Assembly: GCA_033764955.1 (NCBI GenBank)
Contig: JANRIL010000003.1
Coordinates: forward strand, 1 to 25,320
Reading direction: 5' to 3'
DNA from: Cyanobacteriota bacterium
Lineage (GTDB): Bacteria; Cyanobacteriota; Cyanobacteriia; Thermostichales; Thermostichaceae
Length of the DNA: 25,320 bases
Shown here: one piece after another, positions 11,119-19,482 of the stretch
Position numbering within the stretch: the stretch's first letter is position 1
Layout of the letters: each line of letters starts with the position of its first letter
Position numbers and translations under genes: made by a program
Notes under the pieces: generated by a model
What the model saw: the letters and a program-made list of their open reading frames with translations, nothing else
What the model was told of the DNA's origin: nothing
Database searches by the model: none

Positions 11119-12225
11119 ATGGCAAATGGTAATTCTTTCGGCATCCTCTTTAGCGTGACCACCTATGGAGAGTCCCACGGTGGGGCGATTGGAGTGGTGG
11201 TGGATGGGTGTCCACCCCGCCTCCCCCTCACGCCAGAGGAGATTCAACAGGAATTGGATCGCCGTCGCCCCGGTCAAAGTCACATCACCACCCCCCGCCA
11301 AGAAAGTGACCGCTGCGAGATTACCTCCGGCTTATTTGAGGGGAAGACAACGGGTACGCCCATTCACATCATGGTGCGTAATCAGGATGCCCGTTCCCAG
11401 GACTATAGCGAGATGGAGCAAACCTTTCGTCCCTCCCACGCCGATGCCACCTATGAAGCCAAATACGGGATCCGCAACTGGCAGGGGGGAGGACGAGCCT
11501 CAGCGCGGGAGACCATTGGGCGGGTGGCAGCGGGGGCGATTGCCAAAAAGATCCTGCGGCTCGCGGCTGAGGTGGAGATTTTGGCCTACGTCAAGCGGGT
11601 GCATAAACTGGAGGCCATAGTGGATCCTGCTCAGGTGACGGCGGCAGCGATTGAGTCTACCCTTGTGCGGTGCCCCGATCCCGATATGGCGGCACAGATG
11701 ATCCAGGCGATTGAACAGGCTGGGCAGGCAGGAGACTCGTTAGGGGGCGTGGTGGAGTGTATAGCCCGCCGCGTGCCACGAGGATTGGGATCCCCTGTCT
11801 TTGACAAATTGGAGGCGGATCTGGCAAAAGCTGTCATGTCGTTGCCCGCCAGCAAAGGCGTGGAGGTGGGATCCGGTTTTGCGGGAACCTATCTGACGGG
11901 CAAAGAGCATAACGATGAATTTTTTATGCAGGGAGAGACTTGGCGCACCCTCACCAACCGCTCTGGCGGTATTCAAGGGGGAATTTCTAACGGCGAAGAT
12001 ATTATCCTGCGGGTGGCCTTCAAACCCACCGCCACGATCCGCCAGGAACAAAAAACCGTCACCCGCTCCGGCACAGAAACCCTTCTAGCCGCCCGTGGCC
12101 GCCATGATCCCTGTGTGTTGCCCAGGGCTGTGCCGATGGTGGAAGCGATGGTGGCTTTGGTGCTCTGTGATCACCTGCTGCGGCAACAGGCTCAGTGCCA
12201 GACGTTGGTTTTTGGGGAGGGTTGA
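11119..12225 (+). CDS. aroC: Chorismate synthase
   Basis: [31 protein letters not shown] and GRHDPCV motifs. Confidence 0.97.
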   Translation: MANGNSFGILFSVTTYGESHGGAIGVVVDGCPPRLPLTPEEIQQELDRRRPGQSHITTPRQESDRCEITSGLFEGKTTGTPIHIMVRNQDARSQDYSEMEQTFRPSHADATYEAKYGIRNWQGGGRASARETIGRVAAGAIAKKILRLAAEVEILAYVKRVHKLEAIVDPAQVTAAAIESTLVRCPDPDMAAQMIQAIEQAGQAGDSLGGVVECIARRVPRGLGSPVFDKLEADLAKAVMSLPASKGVEVGSGFAGTYLTGKEHNDEFFMQGETWRTLTNRSGGIQGGISNGEDIILRVAFKPTATIRQEQKTVTRSGTETLLAARGRHDPCVLPRAVPMVEAMVALVLCDHLLRQQAQCQTLVFGEG

Positions 12226-12240
12226 TCTCCAGGGATCCCC

Positions 12241-13281
12241 TCAACTGTTGTCAGCCAAGATAGCGGCGTTTAACTTCTCCACTTGTTGTTCCAGTTGCCT
12301 GACTTTTTTGAGTAGATCGGGCAGGTTGCGCTCGATAGCAACCAGGCGTCGCCATTGGGCTGCCGATTGATGGGGATAGCCAGAAACCGTTTCTCCCGCT
12401 GCCACAGAGCTAGTGATGCCCGTTTGTCCCGTGGCGATCACCCGATCCCCGATCGTGATGTGACCGACAATGCCCACTTGTCCTGCCAGGATGACATGGT
12501 TACCCAACTGGGTACCCCCGGCAATCCCTACCTGCGAGACAATCACACAATGGGATCCCATTTTGACCCCATGCCCAATCTGCACTAAGTTATCAATCTT
12601 TGTCCCTCGGCCAATGCGGGTTTCTCCCACGGCAGGGCGGTCGATGGTGGTGTTGCTCCCCACATCCACATCGTCTTCTAGCACCACATGTCCCGACTGC
12701 ATCATGCGATACCAGCGTCCGTCCGCTTGGGGCACATGACCAAACCCATCATCCCCGATCACCGCTCCACTGTGGATGAGGCAGCGATGGCCAATGATCG
12801 TCCGTTCATGGATCACACAATTGGCAAACAACTGACAGCCTTCCCCAATCTGCACCTGCGGATAAATCGTGACATTGGCGTGGATGTGCGTATGGCTGCC
12901 GATCACCACCCCCGCCCCCAACACCACATGGCTGCCAATGGAAACCTGCTCTCCCAGTTGCACATCAGGGGCGATGACTGCCGTCGGGTGAATGCCCAGG
13001 GGGGGCTGATAGGGCTGATAAAACAGTTCGATAGCTTGGGCAAAGGCCAGTCGTGGATCCCTTGCCCGCAAACAAGCTATTGGAGGGGGAGCCACCGTTT
13101 TTTCATCCAAAACGAGAGCGCTGGCTTGGGTTTGTTCCAGCAAGGGCAGATATTTGGGATCGCTAACAAAGCTCAATTGCCCCGGCTGAGCCTCCCCCAG
13201 CGCGGCTACCCCCGTAATCTCTAGGGTGGGATCCCCTTCCAGCGCAAGATGGAGGCGTTGGGCAATAGTCTGAAGCTGCAT
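12241..13281 (-). CDS. lpxD: UDP-3-O-acyl-glucosamine N-acyltransferase
   Basis: Hexapeptide repeats, GDDGFG, TIDR and KIDNLVQIGHGV. Confidence 0.95.
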   Translation of the reverse strand: MQLQTIAQRLHLALEGDPTLEITGVAALGEAQPGQLSFVSDPKYLPLLEQTQASALVLDEKTVAPPPIACLRARDPRLAFAQAIELFYQPYQPPLGIHPTAVIAPDVQLGEQVSIGSHVVLGAGVVIGSHTHIHANVTIYPQVQIGEGCQLFANCVIHERTIIGHRCLIHSGAVIGDDGFGHVPQADGRWYRMMQSGHVVLEDDVDVGSNTTIDRPAVGETRIGRGTKIDNLVQIGHGVKMGSHCVIVSQVGIAGGTQLGNHVILAGQVGIVGHITIGDRVIATGQTGITSSVAAGETVSGYPHQSAAQWRRLVAIERNLPDLLKKVRQLEQQVEKLNAAILADNS

Positions 13282-13358
13282 AGGTTGGAAGGGGGAAAGA
13301 CGGGTTCAGCCAATTAAGATATTAAGATACTGGGTAGAGATGGGGGTAGTTTTCGGGG

Positions 13359-13898
13359 ATGAGTGGGATCCCGACGATTCGCATAGCCAATCTGGAGGAT
13401 GCTGAGCTACTAACTGGGCTGGCACGGCAAACCTTTCAAGAGACGTTTGGGGCACAAACTCACCCCCAGGATTTGGCGCTCTACCTCCAGCAGTCCTTTC
13501 ATCCTCGCCAACAACAGCAGGAATTAGCGGATCCCCTCACCATTACTCTATTGGTGGAGGTGGCGGAGCAGACTGTGGGCTATGCCCAGTTACGAGTGGC
13601 AGATACCCCTGCTTGCATTCAGGGCAACCATCCGCTGGAAATTGGCCGAATTTATCTGTTACAAGCCTGGGTCGGACGTGGCCTTGGCAACCTTTTGATG
13701 AAAACCTGCCTGGAGGCCGCCCAGATGAGCGGATTTCAGACGGTTTGGCTGGGGGTTTGGGAACATAACTATCTGGCACAAGCATTTTATGAAAAATGGG
13801 GGTTTTGCAAGGTCGGAGAACATATTTTCCCGGTAGGAAACGACCCTCAAGTGGATTGGCTGATGCAACGGTCTTTAGAGCCTGTCATCCATTCATAG
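13359..13898 (+). CDS. GNAT N-acetyltransferase (PaiA-like)
   Basis: RIYL..GRGLG acetyl-CoA motif and VWLGVWEHN..AQAFYEKWGF. Confidence 0.88.
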   Translation: MSGIPTIRIANLEDAELLTGLARQTFQETFGAQTHPQDLALYLQQSFHPRQQQQELADPLTITLLVEVAEQTVGYAQLRVADTPACIQGNHPLEIGRIYLLQAWVGRGLGNLLMKTCLEAAQMSGFQTVWLGVWEHNYLAQAFYEKWGFCKVGEHIFPVGNDPQVDWLMQRSLEPVIHS

Positions 13899-14013
13899 CT
13901 AGTAACACTGCGGATCCAACTGCTCTACTTTCCTTCTTTGCCTAGGAGGGATGGGTTCATCCACAGGGGATAGCATCCTGAGCTGACGTTCAATAACCGT
14001 GGAGACTATCCTT

Positions 14014-14275
14014 GCTGTCTAACCGGCTTTTTGGGAATCTCAGGCGGCGATGCCATGGAGATTACCTCTAGAAAATGGCTGAGCTTTGCCGTCTAAAACA
14101 CTGAATCGGGGTGTTATGGCATAGATCTCGCGGCTAGTATACTTTAGATGGGTATTAAACTGCGCTTGGCTGTCTAATACTTCGTTGGGTATCTTAGACC
14201 CCAAGGATAGCCCACCTCATTGGCAAAATTGCCGAGGTTTGCCGTCTCATAGGCTAAATCGGATGATTAGACTGA
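14014..14275. repeat. Array of four degenerate ~35-bp palindromic units, period 72-81 bp
   Basis: GCYGTCTMA-N16/17-(TTAGAC-like) units start at 14014, 14088, 14169 and 14241. Units 1+2 and 3+4 align as a diverged ~154-bp tandem duplication. Confidence 0.55.
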
Positions 14276-14368
14276 ATTATTCTTGAGTACAACGCCCCCA
14301 CATCTGGTATTGGAGCACGTTTGTCAATCTAAACTGACCTAAACAGAAGAATTAGGCTGCAACTTGCA

Positions 14369-14387
14369 GTTTAATAACTGGTTAGCT
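14369..14387 (+). other. attI-like recombination site, left boundary of the cassette array
   Basis: GTTTAAT-AACTG-GTTAGCT: degenerate inverse core, 5-bp spacer and GTT core. GTTAGCTGGC (14381-14390) is the exact reverse complement of GCCAGCTAAC (16501-16510) at the first attC. Confidence 0.6.
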
Positions 14388-14444
14388 GGCTTTGATTCTG
14401 GGTTGTGACAGTTCTGTCATATCCTTCACTGCATAGGTTCAATG

Positions 14445-15242
14445 CTATTCCTCCGTTTCACTAGCTTGATTAAGGAAAAAGCTAGTCACTATCTGGTTTA
14501 GCAGATCATGAGGATCTGAGTTAGTGCTGGCTGCAATTTGCCTAAGTCTGGAAATGTTATCTGAAGATAGACGGAGTGGAGCAAACCGTTCAGGAAAAGC
14601 CCAACTACATATCTCGCACTCTAATTGACATCCACGACACGATGTACTTTTGAAATTATTGCACTCATCACAAAGGGGTTGCCAATTGCTTAGTTCGTTA
14701 CCTCCGCCTCTAGTGCGCGGGATCTTGTGGTCTTGCTGAAAACGAACTTCTGGCTCAGATCGGTTACATACCGGACATCTATGTTGATAAGTGTCTAGGA
14801 TTCTTAGCCAGTCTAGATCAGAAAGTTTAATTCGTGGCACTCTCTTTTCACTCAAGGATAAGCTCACAAGCTGGTATGTTTTACCTTCTCTACCGATTCC
14901 GGTAATGCCTTCCTCGCCTTGTAATTCTCGCAACCGCCGAAAAACGTCTATATAAGGTTTATAGGGTTGGGTGCCTAAATGCTGATTTCTTCTGAAGCGG
15001 TTAATCGCTTCTCTCAGTTCTTCCTCTTCAACACGCGGACCTGGAATACCATGCCCCGCAGGCCACAGTTCTTCTAAAAGCACTCGATAGTAGGACTTAT
15101 TCGCCTCACTGGGACATACAAATTTTTGACAAACTTCCTCAATCCAGACTTCTCGGTTGATGTTTCCTGGCACTTCCTGCTCACTTACAGGTGCAAGAGG
15201 TAAAAACTTTTGTCGCCCACGGCTTTTCCGCTCGGTTGCCAT
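14445..15242 (-). CDS. HNH endonuclease, putative restriction enzyme
   Basis: CPVC...DHKIP..RGG.N..SNWQPLCDECNNFK HNH motif followed by CRGC..CEIC; divergent from a C5 methyltransferase. Confidence 0.8.
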   Translation of the reverse strand: MATERKSRGRQKFLPLAPVSEQEVPGNINREVWIEEVCQKFVCPSEANKSYYRVLLEELWPAGHGIPGPRVEEEELREAINRFRRNQHLGTQPYKPYIDVFRRLRELQGEEGITGIGREGKTYQLVSLSLSEKRVPRIKLSDLDWLRILDTYQHRCPVCNRSEPEVRFQQDHKIPRTRGGGNELSNWQPLCDECNNFKSTSCRGCQLECEICSWAFPERFAPLRLSSDNISRLRQIAASTNSDPHDLLNQIVTSFFLNQASETEE

Positions 15243-15475
15243 TAGTTATCTCCCCGTAGTAGCCAGATGGGGTCGATATCCAACACCTTGGAGATGGCAT
15301 CAAGTTCATAATCTTTCAGAGATCTGACTTGACGCTCAATCTCTGAGATGTCGGACTGTTCTAGCTTGATTCCATAATCAACATTGAGAGCGGCGGCTAA
15401 TTCAACCTGGTCTAAATTATTTTTCAGCCTTACCTGACGAATTCTTGCTCCACTGATATTTTGCTTGTCTCCCAT
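15242..15475 (-). CDS. XRE-family HTH regulator (controller/C-protein-like)
   Basis: IGARIRQVR-type start and QSDISEIER helix. GAGG RBS before ATG 15475. The stop overlaps the HNH start (TAATG). Confidence 0.82.
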   Translation of the reverse strand: MGDKQNISGARIRQVRLKNNLDQVELAAALNVDYGIKLEQSDISEIERQVRSLKDYELDAISKVLDIDPIWLLRGDN

Positions 15476-15526
15476 AGCTAACACCTCAACCTCATAGTGA
15501 GATGTTATTTAAGAGAGAATTGATTC

Positions 15527-15545
15527 GTAGACGATTTCCGTCTAC
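15527..15545. promoter_or_regulatory. Candidate operator in the divergent controller/MTase promoter region
   Basis: Perfect inverted repeat GTAGACG-ATTTC-CGTCTAC. Confidence 0.4.
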
Positions 15546-15611
15546 AGTAGCTTTTAGGAACTAAATCATTTATGATTAGCCCCATTATCAGACCCTGTAT
15601 CTAGTTTTGAT

Positions 15612-16520
15612 ATGCGTGTCTCCTCCTTCTTCGCTGGCATTGGCGGCTTTGATCTTGGCTTTGAAAGAGCAGGGATGAATGTCGTATTTCAATGTGAAAT
15701 AGATCCTTTTTGCCAACAAATCCTTAAGCGCCACTGGCCACATATCCCCTTACATGAAGACATCACAACCCTCGACCCAACAACTATCCCTCCCTCTGAC
15801 TTGTGGTGTGCCGGATGGCCTTGCCAAGACCTCAGCACTGCCAACACAGATCGCCCAGGACTTGCTGGAAAGCGAAGTGGTCTATTCTTCGCGTTTATGG
15901 ACTTGGTTAGAGAAGTTCATCCAGCGTGGTTGGTCATGGAAAATGTGCCGGGGCTACTCTCCGCAGAGCAAGGAACCGCTCTTGAAACAGTTATCGACAC
16001 GCTCGAAGAGAATGGGTATTTGGGGGGATGGGTATCGTGTAACGCTGTCCATTCGGGCTTACCCCATAATCGAGACAGAGTGTTCTTTGTCGCAAGTTTT
16101 AGATCGGAACGTGCCTATCACTTCTTTACTGACAGTCGCGAATTGTCTGGGGATACTACGTCGAGAGAATCGAGCAAAACGCAAACTAGATCCAATTTTC
16201 GTCAAGGCACTCTCGGAGACAATCCGCTTGTGGTACAACGTCGCGGCGGCTTCGGGTACACCATGGCAAAAAGCATCTGCCCCACGTTACGTGCCCAAAC
16301 TGGAGGACATCAAGGAGGTCATTCAGACAGACCAATACTCTGTGGCGAGAAACTTGACGTGGACAGAGTGGGAGAGGCTTATGGGGTTTCCTCCCGGATG
16401 GACGGTCGTCGAGGGAGACTCCTTGGCAATGCTGTCGTCCCCGCAATTAGCGAATGGATCGGAAGACGAATCTTAGAAATTGAAATGATGTCAGATGCCA
16501 GCCAGCTAACAAGTCGATGA
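15612..16520 (+). CDS. DNA (cytosine-5) methyltransferase, alpha polypeptide (lacks motif IX)
   Basis: Motifs I FAGIGG, IV GWPCQD, VI ENVPG, VIII PHNRDRVF and X LGNAVVP are present; no R.LT..E..RL.GFP in this frame. The stop codon lies inside attC1. Confidence 0.92.
   Translation: MRVSSFFAGIGGFDLGFERAGMNVVFQCEIDPFCQQILKRHWPHIPLHEDITTLDPTTIPPSDLWCAGWPCQDLSTANTDRPGLAGKRSGLFFAFMDLVREVHPAWLVMENVPGLLSAEQGTALETVIDTLEENGYLGGWVSCNAVHSGLPHNRDRVFFVASFRSERAYHFFTDSRELSGDTTSRESSKTQTRSNFRQGTLGDNPLVVQRRGGFGYTMAKSICPTLRAQTGGHQGGHSDRPILCGEKLDVDRVGEAYGVSSRMDGRRGRLLGNAVVPAISEWIGRRILEIEMMSDASQLTSR
15754..16476 (+). CDS. DNA (cytosine-5) methyltransferase beta polypeptide, overprinted in the +1 frame
   Basis: 240-codon open frame inside the alpha gene containing RNLTWTEWERLMGFPPGWT (motif IX) and ECSLSQVLD, which resembles M.EcoHK31I beta as I recall it. 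True start uncertain. Confidence 0.8.
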   Translation: MKTSQPSTQQLSLPLTCGVPDGLAKTSALPTQIAQDLLESEVVYSSRLWTWLEKFIQRGWSWKMCRGYSPQSKEPLLKQLSTRSKRMGIWGDGYRVTLSIRAYPIIETECSLSQVLDRNVPITSLLTVANCLGILRRENRAKRKLDPIFVKALSETIRLWYNVAAASGTPWQKASAPRYVPKLEDIKEVIQTDQYSVARNLTWTEWERLMGFPPGWTVVEGDSLAMLSSPQLANGSEDES

Positions 16521-16589
16521 AGCGGACGGTCGATAGATCTCGGTGAAAAGGCAAAGGTTATCTGCCGCCGCTTATCTTGGTCGTTAGAC
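16504..16589 (+). other. attC site 1 (86 bp)
   Basis: R'' AGCTAAC, then GATGAAGCGGACGG pairing with CCGCCGCTTATC with two extrahelical bases, then R' GTTAGAC. Confidence 0.9.
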
Positions 16590-16753
16590 CTCAATCCCTG
16601 GGCGGGGTAGTAGCTTGGGGGCGATCGGGTATTGTTGTAGTGAAGTCACATTTTCTGTTCCATCGCTCATTGCACTCCAAACTTTACAAAAAACCGACCT
16701 TTTGGTCGGAAGAGAGTGGAGAGGATTTCTGGGATTTAATTAGCTTGAAGCCT

Positions 16754-16999
16754 TTAACCAAGCAATCTGATCTGAACAATTAGAACTCCGACAATACCTG
16801 ATGCAGCGATCGCGAATAAGAGGTTAGTGAAGCGCCGACCTGCTTTGGGGTTCAACCCCAAGATCTTATCTTCCTGTCCCGCAGTGAATAGTAAAGACCA
16901 AGATTGAGTAGCGTTGATAAGCTCGAAGGTGTTGAAAGCAGGTCTGAAAATAACGGAACCGAACAAGCTGGGATTTCTGAAGTCAAAGTCAGTGATCAT
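16754..16999 (-). CDS. Small hypothetical membrane protein
   Basis: 81 aa with a C-terminal hydrophobic helix; AGGA RBS; directly downstream of the Psb34-like gene. Confidence 0.6.
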   Translation of the reverse strand: MITDFDFRNPSLFGSVIFRPAFNTFELINATQSWSLLFTAGQEDKILGLNPKAGRRFTNLLFAIAASGIVGVLIVQIRLLG

Positions 17000-17046
17000 T
17001 GTGATTCCTTGGATAGGGCTGATCGTGAGATTGTAAGAGAGATGCC

Positions 17047-17403
17047 CTAGCTAACAGAAAAAGCAATCAATCCAGTCAGGGTGACTAGCAGGGCAGCAAT
17101 CGCCCCTTGAAAAACGTAGCGGCGTTGTGCTTCAGGCGTAGGATATCCGGCAAAATACATCGCAGGCTCAATGGAGTAGGCATTGACGAGTCCCTCATCG
17201 TCTACGGTATAGCCAGCCATCTGAGGTGCATCCGGCAATTGACCACCATTACGGTGTATCTTGGCTTGCACCTCTGCGGGAATTAGCTCACTGCCATCAC
17301 TATAGTGACGTACCTCAGTCTCCGAGATTTTCTCTAGAGCAGCGATCTCAGCGATGCGCTCCTGGAGGGTAAGAGCAGTTTTTTCTTTGTTGATGGTGTA
17401 CAT
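17047..17403 (-). CDS. Psb34/Ssl1498-family PSII assembly protein, N-terminally extended
   Basis: C-terminal YTVDDEGLVNAYSIEPAMYFAGYPTPEAQRRY plus one TM helix ending AFSVS matches the family pattern. ATG 17403 follows an AGGA RBS. Confidence 0.75.
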   Translation of the reverse strand: MYTINKEKTALTLQERIAEIAALEKISETEVRHYSDGSELIPAEVQAKIHRNGGQLPDAPQMAGYTVDDEGLVNAYSIEPAMYFAGYPTPEAQRRYVFQGAIAALLVTLTGLIAFSVS

Positions 17404-17624
17404 TCTGTGTTTCCTGTTTCTCTTGGACATCCTTAATGTAACATGTTTTTGCAAAATATTGTTTTTCTGCTTGTTAACTGAGATAATGAAAAGTTTTAAT
17501 AAATTTAGTTTTTGTGTTACACTCTCTCAGAAAGTCATTCCAGACTGCTAAAATCCATTAGGCAACGGCACAATCTCGCTTGACTTTAAGACAGACGGCT
17601 CTTACCTGAGAAGGGGGCTAGCAT

Positions 17625-18089
17625 GTGCAGGAATATACGATCGAGCGTTCCGTGGAGGTAGACATCACTTGTTCGGTAGAGGAGGTTTACAATCTCTGGG
17701 AGAATTTGGAGAATGTGCCGCGTTGGATCCCCCTTGTAAAGGAAGTCAAGGTTTTACCTGGTTCTGAACAGCTATCGCGCTGGAAGTTTGGGCTGGGGGC
17801 ACCTCTACTGACCGAGTGGACTTCGCGCATTACCCAACGCATTCCCATGCAGTTAATTGCTTGGGAGTCAGTCTCTGGTTTGCCAAACCATGGCTGTGCC
17901 CAGTTCTTCCCAACTGATCGAGGGTGTCGTTTACGCCTTAAGCTTGCCTTCAATCTACCAGGGGGAATTGTGGGTACACTGATTAAAGGTATTGGAGTAG
18001 AACGCTGGTTAGAAGCCAATCTGGTAGAGAGCTTGAAACGGTTTCAAACTCTGATCGAAGAAGAGGTGCTTCGCAAAGCAGTCAGATAA
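17625..18089 (+). CDS. SRPBCC/START-family (polyketide cyclase-like) protein
   Basis: VEEVYNLWENLENVPRW, WTSRIT..IAWESVSGLPNHG and a C-terminal LKRFQTLIE helix. Confidence 0.85.
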   Translation: MQEYTIERSVEVDITCSVEEVYNLWENLENVPRWIPLVKEVKVLPGSEQLSRWKFGLGAPLLTEWTSRITQRIPMQLIAWESVSGLPNHGCAQFFPTDRGCRLRLKLAFNLPGGIVGTLIKGIGVERWLEANLVESLKRFQTLIEEEVLRKAVR

Positions 18090-18167
18090 ATAGGTTGACA
18101 GGATGTGGAAAACTACTGCCTATCTGTCCATAGAATCATTATCACTTCTGCACCTGTAGCGTGAACG

Positions 18168-18255
18168 GTCTAACAACCGCGCTGCACCGGAACGCTCCAA
18201 TACAGTCGGTTGGGTGGCAAAGTTTATCTGCGTCCGGTGAGCACGACCGTTAGCT
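18168..18255 (+). other. attC site 2 (88 bp)
   Basis: R'' GTCTAAC, GCTGCACCGGAACGC pairing with GCGTCCGGTGAGC, then R' GTTAGCT. Confidence 0.92.
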
Positions 18256-18357
18256 GGCTTCGTTTGATCGGTTGGGGTGTTCTCAAGAGGCGATTTGTCA
18301 TGGCAAGAGTTAATATCTGCAGAGCAAGTTATTTGTGATGACCGAGAGGCTGAGTTT

Positions 18358-19401
18358 ATGTCACAGACCTACACCCCTACCTCAATTTCTCCTGAACTAG
18401 TGCATCGCCTTCGCGCCATGCCAAAAGCAGAGATTCACGTTCATATTGAGGGAGCAACAGACGCAGAGACGTTTTACCAAATGGCGCAGCGAAACCAAGT
18501 GGAGTTACCAGCAGACTCACTGGAGGAGTGGAAATCATTTTTTGAATTTCGCGATTTTCCCCATTTCATTCAGGTTTATGCAGCAGCGGTTCAGTGCTTA
18601 CAAACGCTAGAAGACTATGCACTGATGATTGAACGGTTCTACAAGCGTCAAGCTGAGGAAAACATTCTCTATACGGAAGCCTTCTTGAGTGCATCATTTC
18701 TGACTCAAAAGTTTGAGGATCAAGAAATTTTGAATGCGATCGCGGTGGGGTGTGCGACGGGAGAAGCCAAATATAGCTGTCAAGTGAATTTGATTCCTGA
18801 TATTGCGCGTGAAATTCCTGACTCTCAACATCGCGTTCTAGAATTTGTCATGAAAGGGAAAGAACGCGGATTATTTATTGGTTTAGGAGTTGGAGGACTT
18901 GAAATTGGATATCCACCAGAATTGTTCACAGAGACTTATGTAGAAGCTCACCGACAGGGGCTTAAAGTTGTTGCTCATGCGGGTGAAGCTGTTGGAGCAG
19001 AGAGTATTTGGGGTGCGGTAAATACCTTGAAAGCCGAACGCATTGGACATGGCATTCGATGTTTAGATGATCCAAATTTGGTTGAGATGCTCCGTCAGCA
19101 TCGGATTCCGTTGGAAGTGTCACCTCAAAGCAACTACTGTTTAGGGGTTGTGGCACAAGAGCAACCTCACCCAATCCGCAGAATGGTCGATACTGGGCTT
19201 TATTGCACCGTCAACTCGGATGATCCAGCCATGTTTTCAACGAGTTTGACCAATGAGTATTTGACACTTGCGAAACAAGGATTTAGCTGGGAAGAATTGT
19301 GGCAACTCAACCTGAATACCTTAGAAGCGACGTTTTTAGGTGAAGCGGAAAAGGGTAAATATCGTGTGGAGTGGGAGAAATTCATACGAACAGCCAGCTA
19401 A
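18358..19401 (+). CDS. add: Adenosine/adenine deaminase
   Basis: PKAEIHVHIEG, HAGE, RIGHG and NSDDP motifs. ATG 18358 follows GAGAGG. The TAA stop lies within R'' of attC3. Confidence 0.88.
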   Translation: MSQTYTPTSISPELVHRLRAMPKAEIHVHIEGATDAETFYQMAQRNQVELPADSLEEWKSFFEFRDFPHFIQVYAAAVQCLQTLEDYALMIERFYKRQAEENILYTEAFLSASFLTQKFEDQEILNAIAVGCATGEAKYSCQVNLIPDIAREIPDSQHRVLEFVMKGKERGLFIGLGVGGLEIGYPPELFTETYVEAHRQGLKVVAHAGEAVGAESIWGAVNTLKAERIGHGIRCLDDPNLVEMLRQHRIPLEVSPQSNYCLGVVAQEQPHPIRRMVDTGLYCTVNSDDPAMFSTSLTNEYLTLAKQGFSWEELWQLNLNTLEATFLGEAEKGKYRVEWEKFIRTAS

Positions 19402-19482
19402 CAATTTGGTTGGAGCGGATGTAAGATGCCTTTCCGTCTATCGTTCGAGTCTGTTCGTCACCGCTCAACCGGAACGTTATAC
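19396..19482 (+). other. attC site 3 (87 bp)
   Basis: R'' AGCTAAC, GGTTGGAGCGG pairing with CCGCTCAACC (one extrahelical G), then R' GTTATAC. Confidence 0.88.

Noticed and set aside
1780..13224. Many alternative-frame and antisense ORFs over dnaK, dnaJ, aroC and lpxD (e.g. 2465-3046, 11165-11620, 12688-13224)
   Set aside because: Shadow ORFs of conserved genes with no motifs, unlike 15754-16476, which supplies a missing catalytic-family motif.
14160..14250. c-di-GMP-I riboswitch-like words on the minus strand (GGCAAACC...GGTCTAAG...GACAGCC)
   Set aside because: Lacks the GNRA loop and GCAAA junction, and no gene follows on that strand; better explained as part of the palindrome array.
14014..14275. 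CRISPR array call for the periodic ~35-bp units
   Set aside because: The units are too divergent, the intervening segments resemble each other, and there are no cas genes in the window.
13899..14380. Integron integrase gene or remnant upstream of the array
   Set aside because: No ORF of 60 aa or more and no recognisable tyrosine recombinase motif.
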